From: the human T2T-CHM13v2.0 reference genome, Homo sapiens
Direction: 5' to 3'
DNA length: 64,000 bases
Assembly (NCBI GenBank): GCA_009914755.4
Contig: CP068257.2
Coordinates: 32,448,001 to 32,512,000 of the forward strand
Part shown: one piece after another, positions 52,891 to 64,000 of the stretch
How the letters are laid out: every line of letters begins with the position of its first letter
Position numbering within the stretch: position 1 is the stretch's first letter
The notes under the pieces: model-generated
What the model was told of the DNA's origin: nothing
Database searches by the model: none
The model's input: only the letters and a program-made list of their open reading frames with translations
Position numbers and translations under genes: made by a program

Positions 52891-55800
52891 TACTCCATGT
52901 TTCTTAAAAATGGCCTATATAATATGATTCATAAGCAAAGGAGTACAGCATTTAAATTTTAATAAGTGTTTTCTATCTTTGACCTTTACAAAGCCTATAA
53001 AGGTTACTTTTCTAGTCACTTCAAGTTATAACTTCAGGTTCAGGCCTGTAGAGGTAAGTAATCACATTTGAACATGTACTTAGGCATCTTTATGTTTCTT
53101 AGTGTTCTAGACTTGTCCTTATTGAATTTTATTCTAATTTAAAAAGTAGTTTCTGTGTTCGATAATTTTTATTCCTTAATTACCTAGAGGACTGAAACTC
53201 CTGATTCAATAAATTGTTGGGCAAAAGAGGTTCTCTACAATGAAGAATATTTGATCAAACAGTTCCTGTGGAATCAATTTCATAGTTGGGCTTTGCTTAT
53301 GTCATTAGGCAAGGCTGGCACTTCACATATTTTTATGTAGATGGTTCTCCCAAGGTCTGCTAGAACTTCAGCCACTTTCCATGACACCCATTTGACTGTT
53401 GAAAAGTTAGGGCTCACAGATTTTCAGATTGCTGTGAGAATGTCAATGCAGAATTCACAGGGACAGCCTTTCTATTTGAAAATTTAAATTGCAAGGAAAT
53501 TTTTTAAAGGAAGTAAGATTTGGAATTAAGATTCAGCAAAGAATGGGAAAGACTTTTACATGTACATTTTCACAGGTTTTGACAGTTCTGTGTCTTGGCT
53601 CTACCTTCCCTGAGTCCTGCCTGCTCTTGAGTGTTGTATAACTCTTTGTAACGTGAGGCGGGCAGGGTGTAGGTAGATGCTGCATGCTGTTGAATGTTGT
53701 GGATTCTATGTGTGCTTTATTTTCTGGGGAACTAGGGTGTGGTAGTGCTAGCTGGGTATATTGGAGGCCACTGGCTTAAAACTGTCTTTCCCATAGAGTC
53801 TAATTTCTAAGATAATTTTGTTGACAAGTTTCTCTTCTGGGATGAAAATATGTTTAATTAGGTTAAACGTTGGTCATTGACTAGTGGTGGTGGTTATGAT
53901 ACTTCCATGAATTCTTAGCTTCAGTAACCTTCCTGAGTGGGGATTTTATTTGGGGGACAAGGAGAGATTCCTTTCTTCCTTTCATTCTTCCCACCTTTTT
54001 GCTCTCATCTTTTACTACAGCAACTTTTCCCATTAGCATCTCTAGAACTGTGGTTTTCAAAATATGGTTTGAGGACTCTTGGGCTTTACGGGGGACCCTT
54101 TTAGAAGATCATTGTGAAAACAGTAGTGAGTAGAACAGCTGGTACGTTAGCATGAATCTAGTCAGCAGCATTAACTTTTCCTAGCAGTACGTGTATTCTT
54201 CATTGCTATGCAGTTGCAGTTTTCAAAACTGGCTTCACTGCAGAATGTCCTTCAGAATGATGAGTGGTACCAGAGTAGTATTTAGTCTTGGTAGGGGCTT
54301 TAAGAAGTTGTTGAGTTCAACCTCCCACCCATGCAGATATTAATCCAACAGCCATCCTGTATCTATTTATGTACTTCAAGTGATGGGAAGGTCACTACTT
54401 CACAAGGCAGCCCACTGCATTTTCATACAGCTGTATATTTTTGGAAATATGTTCTTGTTTACAAAATACAGCTTGATTTCTCTAATTTTTACCCTTTGAT
54501 TCTAGTCCACTCTTGGAATCCAATCAAAATAAAACAAATCTACCTTTTGCATAATAGCCCTGCAAATATTTGAAGTTAGCTCTTGGGTTTTCCCTAAGTC
54601 TTTTGTAGGCTAAACATTAGTTTTGGTAATTAATATAAAAAATTAGCTTTAATTTCTTCTAGGATTAATTACCTTTTTTATAAGTATTATACTATTTCGT
54701 TAAATTTTTGGATAGTACTTTATCTTACCTAATCAGCAAATAATTATAATGTAATTTTAACATTTATATTTATATGTGTATTGGAATTTGATATTTGAAA
54801 TGTATAAAATATTTAATTAATTTCACTTCTAGATGAATTGTAGGTATTTTTGAAATACAGTATTGGTGTGAACAGCATTTTGGTACTGCGTGAAGTAAAT
54901 GGGAAAACATTAGTATTGTAATTTTGCCTCAGTGTTACAGTTACCACCTTGATAGTGAGCTTTGTTGTATATGAAAAGTGGCTTCAAGTTATGTTAGAGA
55001 TAGAAGGAAACTTAGAGTTCCTTGAGGAAAGATAGGAGTAAGTAAGCAAGAGACCCTCTTAAAGGAGGTACAATTAGCACAGCTATTTCTAGCACCTGTT
55101 CGATGAGTGTGGCCCATTTTAGACGTTGGGAATACAGTCATGTACAAGATAGACAAAGGTCCTTGCTCCTCTGTAGCTTACATTCTGGTTAGTGAAAGAA
55201 TATTTTTAGATTGCTGTAGTGCTGTTAGAAGTAAAAAAAGAATGACATCAGGAGAACTGGGGGATGGAGGTGCATTTTGGTGATGAAGATATCAGAATTG
55301 GGGGGCATAAAAAGACTTTCATCAAACTTTGTTGTGCCTCCAGCAGATGTTGAGAATTGCAGTATGAATGTTGTTTATTCATGTGAAGCTTGTAGCAACA
55401 GGAAAATCGAGAACTACTAATTTAGCAGATGAGGAAACTGAGGTACAAGTTTAAAATTGATAAATTTTAATAACATATTCAGGTTTGTATAACTCATTAG
55501 TGAATGAGCTAGGACTAGAATCATAGTCCTAGTTTTTCTAGTTTCCATTCCCATTCATTCATTCCTTTCTTTCTGTATTTTTTTTTCAAATGAATGTTTT
55601 CAGCCCTCAGTCTGTGCCTTGCCAAAGTGTGTTTCATTGATGCATTTGGTAGGTAGAAGGAAAGAGTTGAAGGAGTTGCTTTCAGATGGGGTGAGAGAAG
55701 CCTCTCAGAAGCCTGCACAACTTCTCTTAGAATAGTTGGAATTGAGTGGTTCAGAGACTTTATAAATGAGAATTATGGCAGCAAGATCATTTGTTTCCTG

Positions 55801-56195
55801 TAAACTATATGCTTTTGTAAGTTGAACATTGTGCTGGATTGAGCAGAACTTTTTCCCCTCTAAGCGTAAGAATTTTATTTTAATAGATCTATAGGTTTCA
55901 CCAAATGAGGAACATTGAAGTTGGCAACCTGGGTTGATAAAGACATTATTAGGAGCTTGGCAGATGGAATAGTGGATTAGTGGAATCAGTTCTGAGCCCT
56001 GCAGTGAGTTGAACAGCTCAACTGATGGTATTCGTTAGATGGTACCCGATGTGTCTACCTGATGACACATCCAGTGAGGAATACACCCTCTATACGTCAG
56101 TCAGTGGCCCAGGCTCATGGTTTTATTTGTGGTGCATTTTAGGGTACATGGATTAAGGACCTGCCAGCTTCCCTCAGCCCATCACAATATAGAAC

Positions 56196-56390
56196 CAGGG
56201 GTTGGCCAGATAGTAAATAGTTTAGGCTCTGGGGCCATGTGGTCTCTTGTAATTACAGATCTACCTTTAGCACAGAAGTAGCCATAGACACTATGCAGAT
56301 GTGTGAGTTGGCTGTGTTCCAGTTCAACTTTATTTGCAAATACAGGTAGCAAGCCAGATTTGGCCCAAGAGCCCTGGTTTGCCAACCCTG
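56196..56390. mobile_element. hAT-type nonautonomous DNA transposon (MER-like MITE) with terminal inverted repeats
   Basis: CAGGGGTTGGCCAGATAGTAAATAGTTTAGGCTCTGGGGCCATGTGGTCTC...GCCATAGACACTATGCAGATGTGTGAG...GTTCCAGTTCAACTTTATTTGCAAATACAGGTAGCAAGCCAGATTTGGCCCAAGAGCCCTGGTTTGCCAACCCTG. The termini cagggg...cccctg resemble human MER hAT MITEs. No intact 8-bp TSD is present. Confidence 0.5.
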
Positions 56391-59300
56391 CTTTATGGTG
56401 AGGTAAGGTCTATGGGGCGTTATTTTTGCTCCTCCTTCCACCTTTCGTTTTATACTTCTGGGTGTTTTGAAATTAAAGTGAGATGAATGTGGCCATTCCA
56501 GTAGTCTACAGTTTGACCTTGACATACTGAAGTCAAACAATTTTTTTTTTTATATTTTCCTAAGTTACATTCTTGTTAGGTAGCCTTTCCCCTTTTTGAG
56601 ACAGATGTAAGAAGAAAATGTTTTTTACTTTATAAGCTCTTACTTCAGAAGAGGGTAATGAGTTTTATACTGTAAACACTTCAGTTGGAACTTAAAAGAT
56701 ATTGAGATATATTCCTTTTTAATCAGGCAAAACTGGAATTGAAATTTATTTGGGTAGCTAATCAGAAAACTAATCAATCAAATGTTTTTTTCCTTTTTTT
56801 TTTTGAGTGCAAAGCTGAGACCCGACTCTTTATTTGGATGGGCTGTTCCTTTACCTTATCATACGTTAATTGATGTAATGCCAGGTCAAGAAACAGCATT
56901 TTCAGTTAAATGAAATACTGTGCTGCTGTTAATAATGAGTCCTCTGCAGATGTATGGCGATGTCTTTGTGAACTATAATGAAATGTGAGAAGAATGTAGT
57001 CTTCATATGATTAGAACTGTCTAGGAATGTGTTTGATACAATCATAAGGATAAATTGCCTTAGACTTTTTACCTACTGTTAATGGGAAGAGATTTTGGCC
57101 TGAATTTTTATTGTCTTCAGGAAATTTCTGTTTTATCTTAAGGTTGGTTAAATATATAAACAACGATTCAGTAGGAATTTTTAAAATCCCTAATGGACTT
57201 CAATATGAAAAGAAAGTAAAGAATGTTTTTTTCTAAGCCTTAAGCCAATACTTAGCACATTTCATACCATTTTAGCAGCACTTGTCAGAAAGAAAATTTT
57301 AAAAATATAGTGGATTTTGTTTGGTTGCCAGAATGCACACTTAAACTTGTTCTGCAATTTTCTCTTCATTTGATCCCCAAATGAACCTCTGGAAGGTAGC
57401 CTATTCTTAAGTTTCCTCCTGCACTTTAAAATCACCCTGCTTGCACCTCTTCACGTAGGTCTTTGAGGAGATGTGCACCTTGTCTTTGCCAAGGTGTGCC
57501 TCTGGCTTCCTCCCCGATGGTTTCCACAGCTTTCCTTCTCCTTGCAGCAGGCGTTTCCACTTAATAGCTGCCCTGTCAGCATCTCTCTAGAGATCCCATC
57601 CCAAATCTGTAAACCTTCTTGGCTTTTTTTTTTTATGAAGATAAAATATGTAACAATAAGACACTAGACCATATAGTAGTTATCCAGTAAATCATAGCTG
57701 TCATCGTTGTTGCTATTTTAGAAATCCTACATTTTATCGTCTTGCATGGTCCGCTCCTTTTTGACTACCAACTTGCCCATGTGTTTTCTCCTAAAACACG
57801 TTGCTCAAGTTGCTTGTCCCTGGAGCCCTGGCATTTTCTCCTCCTCACCATTGTTCTCATACCTCTACCATGGGAACCTTGGCAGCCTGCTTTCTGGCCC
57901 CATCTTGCCAAATGCCCATGTAGCTACCACACCGCGGCTTTTTCTTGATCTCTGTCCTCTACCCCATTGTCATTCTGGACAAGGCAGTCTCCCGATTTTC
58001 CTTGTCCTATTTGATGATACGTTTTATATTTGCTTCTCTGACTTTGAGTCCTCTTGTTAGCCCCTAAATGTTTGTACTCCCCAAGGTTCTGCTGGTGATC
58101 TCCTTTCCTCTCCCCCTCCACCCTTTCTATTGATCTCACCTCCTTCTCAGGCTTCAGAGAGCCGTCTGTGCAGGTGACTATGAAATGTGTATTTCTCATC
58201 CACCTGCTTTGAGCTTAAGATTTACATCTGGAGAGGTCAACCTAGGGGAGCCATGGCATCTGAGACTCAGCGTGTCTTAAACCAGATTCATCTCTTACTG
58301 TCCTCACCAGCTTCTCCAGCTCTCCTTTTAGCTGTAGTGACAGTTGCACTCTCTCAGCCACCAGATTGTGGTGCCCTTCTTCGCCACATCTTGCCTTCAT
58401 TCTCCACATTGCATTCGTTGCAGTTTTCAGGCTTATCCTTATAAAGTATCTTTTCTTCCAAAAATTGCTTGTGTATACATATGCATAGAGAGATATCTGG
58501 AAAGAAATTCACCAGAAAGTTTAATTCACCATCCAGTCTATCTCTGGGTAATGGGATTCTATATTGTTCAAGCTTTTTTTTTTTTTTTTTTAAATAACAG
58601 GCCTTGATTACTCATGGACTTGTGCCCAGTGTATACCCGTCTATCTCCTCAGCACTCCCTTGCCCTGAACCCCATCACTGGGGCTCAGTTGCTGGTTCAT
58701 TCATTCTTTGTACCTCCGGTCATCATTTTCCGGGTGCCTTTCAAGTAAACTTTCCTTAGTGAAACCCTTCTTCCAGCTGAATGTTTCTTCCTTTCGTGAG
58801 CCCTCTGGTCTCTATGCTATTTCCTGTATTCTGCCCTCTGCTCTCCATACATGTGTATTTTGTGTTCTGTCCTTTATTAGATTGTAAGCTCCATGAGGGC
58901 AGAGTTTGGGTCTGATTACCCATCCTTTCCCCCTTTTGGTTACAGTCTCCCAGTTTTTCTTTGGGAGACAACACCTTTTCCCCCTGGCTACAGTTTTGGT
59001 GGGATGGGCAGTTCAGGTGTCCTGCCAACGAGATACTCTTCTCCTGGAATTTGAATTTTGAGTCATGGGATACAAGGACTGACAGTGATTGGCACTGATT
59101 CAGCCTGGCCGAGGTGCTCTGAAGAAGCCACTCATTAGTTCCTGCCTCCCAGATCCCTGGAGCTGCCCTGGTCCCTGAACTCTCCGAAGCCTGGTTCTTC
59201 AGATATTCCTCGTATCTGTGAGCTATCTCATATCCTTACAATAAATTCTCTCTCTCTTTTATTTTAAGTTAACCAAAACCAGCTTCTGTTGCTTTTACCC

Positions 59301-59398
59301 AGCGATTCCTACCAGTAGAGCTGTTATGATTGGAACTGAGCAGACTTAATCATTCTAGCTCTTATATTAATTCTGATGCTTTTTTTTCTTTTCTTTAA

Positions 59399-59557
<159 letters not shown>

Positions 59558-62500
59558 TAAGTTTCTTCATGAAGTCTTGAAAGACGTTTTTGATAGGCTC
59601 AGTAAAGAGTACTGTTCAATTACTATTAGAAGTTCTTAAAATTTCACATTGAGACCCCTGTTGCGCCTAGGTGTCCTTTGGGTACACACTCTGGCAGTCT
59701 TGTGTTGCAGATGGGATGTGATATGCTGGCCCTTCGTGGACTATGATCTGAGTTCAAAACTAGGCCATCCTAGGAGCAAAGGGCTTACCAAGTCTAGCTT
59801 GTGGAACCTTTTCCTGTCAACCTTAGCACTGTTTTCCCTGACATTTCTTTAACTTTTGCCTTTAAAATACCTTAGTGAACAGTGCTGTCCACAAACATAG
59901 TGTATCAGTTTTAAACATATGCGTTGCAAATAACAGAACATGCTGCTTTTGACTGATGTATGTAACCTAAGCCTAATCAACAAAAGAAAAATGGTAATAC
60001 CTACTCCAAGTAATGATCACAGTTTGGAATTTTGTCTCCTACTGTGTACAGCAGCTTCCTCAAATACATGTCACAGATTTGATTCTGTAGTAATAACTAT
60101 CTTTGTAGAAGTTCTTGGAGAACAATTTGTAGAATAGATTTGAATCTTCTCATGTTGTAGGATTTCCTAGGAGTGGGTGTTAGAGAAGATGGGAATCAGG
60201 TTTTAGCGCGGTAGGAAAAGTCCAAGAGTAGAAGAGTCAGCTCTCTCTGGCACTCAGCAACTCTGTGGCCTCCCCTTCTGTTTCTGGCTTCTTTGGGCAC
60301 AGAACTCAGGTTATGGGTCTCCCATCTGCATTGCCACAAGGACCCAGCAAGACAGTCTCTGCAGATGTGCTCTGCGACGAGAATGCTGCTTGTAGTTATG
60401 TGAGTCGAGCTGTCTTGTGCAGGTACAGTACGTGTGATAGGGCCTGAGTGGAGTCGCGTCTCACATCGAGGCTTTCTTACTGCATTTAAACCTTCTGCCG
60501 TGCTGCAAATTTCATCTTTTGATTGCTTCACCTTGTTTTGTGCTAGTGTTCAGCTTCTTGAGAACACCTCTGAAGAGAATGCCTGAGGCGTTGCTAGGCA
60601 ACAGGAAATGCACAGTGGCTAGGCTTCTTCCACAGTCATAATAACAATGAGGGATGGAGAGCATGTGTGTCTGTCTGTCTGTTTCTTTTAAACTTAATCA
60701 CAAATGGGTGTGGTTTTAACAGCGCAGTTATGGATCCTTTTGCCTTTTTTGTTGAAAGAGGAGCATATAAAAACTGTCCGAGAGTCATTAGCGCAGTTCT
60801 TGGATGGAAGGCAGTGAAGAAGTCAGTTTCTCCACTCATGTAGTACTTCCAGGGGTTTCTGCCCTTTTTTCAAGTAGAGGATTTGACTTTGTTGAGAGTT
60901 GGCATGACCAGCATCCTAGGATCTGCACTAACACGTAGCCTGAGTAATGCTGACGTCACTTGTCTGAGGACCAGGCTCAAGAACTGCTGTGTTCACTCAG
61001 TTCATTTTCAGACCTCTGTGTGCAGTGGTGGGGGTTGGGGGTGGGTAGCCGTTTCTCTTTATGGGTGGAATAAATTCAGGTCCTGGAGGAGCCCACTGGG
61101 ACCAAGCCAGAACTGCTGAGAACACTAGCCCTACTTCTGGGTTCCCCCCTGGCAAAGGTGCATGTGCCTCGCTGAGGAATATGTTGCAGTCACTTAGTTC
61201 ATTGACTTTTAAAGATTTTATTGCTGGTTCTTTTACTTTCAGACTCCTCAACAAACAGAAGCAGTGTTCTGTATTACATATGTGTATTATATATAGACAC
61301 AGAAAGGTAGTGCCCAGCTGCAGTGGGGGAGGTTCATGCTTTAAGCCTATTTTCTGGGATAAATCAGTGTCTGGTATTTATTTGTTAAAGGTAATGTTTT
61401 TTAAAGTGTGGTCTCTGAAACGCTAATTCCGTAGAGATGCTCCATCAAAAAAGGAGAAGTAGGGTGTGTGTGATCAATTAGATGTGGGAAGCCTTACATG
61501 ATCGAATTCCTTCTAGAGGTTCACAGTGCACATTGGCACATAAATGATGAGAAGCCCTTCAGTAAGATCCGTTCATTAATTCACTGTATTTGATTATGCT
61601 ACATTTTATTTCTATAATACTCGTGAACATTCTCCACAGTGACTTTTGGGAAATGAGGATGTGAGAGGCAAGTGTAGTTTGAAGTTACCCGAATAAAGAT
61701 TTGGAATTGGGCGATAACGTTTATGTGTCTGCAGTGTGGAGCTTAAGGTTAGTCTGATATTCTCTTGGCTTCAGGCAGTGGCCCCATAATCACTAACCCT
61801 AACCATGGCAGTACCAGGTATTTTGTTCATTTGGCAAATTCTTTATGTGCATTAATCCATAGCCACAGAAAGTGTTAGAAACATGTAATAAGTGGATTAT
61901 GTACTGGGAGACTTGCTTTTCTGAAGTGGTTGAGAAGAAACAGTGGTTTTATTGGTTACACGTTTAGCATTCAAAGTTTTGGCTCTTTTTGAACAGCCCT
62001 AGAGGCTATGACACGTATCCGAAATTACGGCAAGGCGCTGATTTGAAACCTGACAGTGGTGTGCGAGAGCCAGCTTTTGGCTGGCTAATGGAGTGAGCCT
62101 AGATGTTTCTGAGAGTCCACATTCTATCATGGTACTGTTGGTATCGTGTGTTTGTTGCTTTTACGTTTTGTGGGGAGAAATGGTATGTCCTAGTGGTGTC
62201 CACAGGTCTCAGGTTGATTCTCACAATTGTCGTGGTTCCTGGTCTCAAGGAGTTTTCAGTCTAATCAGAGAGTTGGCTGCATAATGCTAACCTAGGCACC
62301 GGCTGAGGGAGTGTGTGTGAAAGTGCCCAGCACAGCAGGAGTAAAGCTAAGCCTGGGGCTGACGGGTAGGTATCTCTGTTCCAATGACTTCACTGTGTAT
62401 TGGGCAATTGCCTCTACTGTTCTCCCATGCCCAGCCCCCTCCGCCCCCCAAATCAACCGCCTTATCACGTACATGCCCAGTAGGCTGGAAGAAAAGAGTA

Positions 62501-64000
62501 GGTAAGGGAGAGCCTGTTGCTTTAGGGTTATCTGGGAAATCTGCCCAGAGGAGGAGGAGAGTATACTTTGGAAATGATACCTGATGTTTATTATTATATC
62601 AAGACTGTTTCCAGTTTATGCCAAAAATAAAAATATAGTCATTATATTTCAAATATTAGTTTGGTCAGACTCCACTTTAGAAACAGGTTGTGTTCCAGAA
62701 ATTTGCCTGTAAGTCTGTTGTTTATAACTGAGAACTTATTTTCCCAGTGGAACAACTTGATGGTTAAGTTCCCAGACTAGTCCACAGAGATTTTCTTAAT
62801 TCATAATCTCTGAAGGTCAGTAGAACTGGGGGAGTCATGCGTGTTCAGCTGAGGACCATTTTAAACCTGTTTTTGAAAATGCAATTCAGTGTTCCCCTTG
62901 GCAGCAGAATGGGGCCTGGATTGGGCCACCCTTATCAGGGATTGGGACAATATCTCAGCCCTCTAACTTGTTAACACTAAATAAATCATTGGTGCATGAC
63001 CTGGAGCTGGGTGGCTCAGAGGCCTGGGAGTCACTCCCAGCTCTGGATTTGCTGGGGTCTCTTTCAGGTCCCCGAGATTACCTCCCCTTTGTGTCTGCAC
63101 GTGCTCACCCTGACACCCTCATCTGCTCTGCGGGACAGACAAGGTGTTGGTGTGGAAAATTCTTACTGTATTCCTGGGCGTTTGGAAGGGGAAGATGTCA
63201 TTTATGTTAGAGGGAGCAATGACAGGAGAGGCTCATTTAGACCCGTGCTATAAAGGGGCAGGCATCTTACTGAATGATAGTAACAGTCACCCTTTGCCAG
63301 AACCACGTCACTCACTCCAGGGCTGCACGGAGCTTATGGTTCTCGGTTCTCTTTCCACTAGATGGGGCTGAGCTGAGACTGAGAGGAAACTATACAAAAA
63401 GTGCGGTCGTATTTCAGCGTTGGGCTTGTGCTGCTTTGTAAAAGGATGCCTCTGCTCTGTTTCTACCGGGTCTGATTTTATGGCAGTGAGATTGGGCTGG
63501 CTTCCAAATGCCTGTGTATAAGAACTCTTAAGTAGAAGGTGTTTTTCTTGCCTGTTTTGCCCGTTCTTTGCCTGTTCTCATCTGCTTTAAAATTTGGATA
63601 GGTGCTTATAGCAGAGATCTGCTGGCCTACATATAAGATGCCCTTCTATTTACGGGTAAGCAGAATGATAAAAATAACCAGCTCCATGGTGAATCAGTGG
63701 AATTTTACTGACTCGCTTCCCAAATGTGTCTGCAGCTTACTCCATGAGCACTGGCACCCTCTCTAGAGGAGATTGATTCTCCTCTGTAGTTTTCCCGTTA
63801 GCTAACATTTCCATGTTCTCGTGCCTTTCTGCCAGTGTTCTGACCCCGTTCTCGTGTGTAGGTACTCCACACCAGGTTTTCAGACAGGGCTGCTGTGGCC
63901 TTGGAGGTTTCTTTTTAGTGGCAGTGCCCCAAGATTTGTAAGGATTCTGCAGCAGGTTTAGTGTTAGTGGTTTTGAAAATGTATGAGACCCAACAGATAT

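Overview
This window is human (primate) genomic DNA, not a prokaryotic locus. It carries about 11 Alu SINEs, L1 and MIR fragments, Tigger and hAT DNA-transposon relics, and a roughly 1.5 kb CpG island. Most short ORFs in the six-frame track are therefore spurious. I recognise the chr21q22.11 MRPS6 / SLC5A3 locus. A CpG-island promoter at about 6.9-8.3 kb drives a first exon that opens the MRPS6 reading frame (MPRYELALILKAMQR, 7771-7815, donor GT at 7816). The second MRPS6 coding exon lies at 59417-59556 ([47 protein letters not shown]). Inside the roughly 51.6 kb MRPS6 intron 1 sits the complete, uninterrupted 718-codon SLC5A3 (SMIT1) CDS at 29270-31426. This is the Na+/myo-inositol cotransporter of the sodium:solute symporter family. 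It lies in a very large second exon that probably runs from an acceptor at 28936 to a distal AATAAA at about 40316, giving a 3'UTR of about 9 kb with several internal poly(A) signals. The main observations are as follows. The SLC5A3 mRNA leader obligatorily carries the MRPS6 AUG as a 22-codon uORF, plus two more short uORFs. The promoter has a triplicated GC-box motif and a TATA-like TTTAAG. A CpG-retaining segment and an AATAAA lie just inside intron 1. Several transposon insertions have intact target-site duplications: an AluY with a 16-bp TSD, a Tigger MITE with a TA TSD, an internally deleted Tigger1 and a hAT MITE. Two Alu-hosted microsatellites are present. I see no evidence of a novel system; this is an ordinary and well-characterised gene locus.
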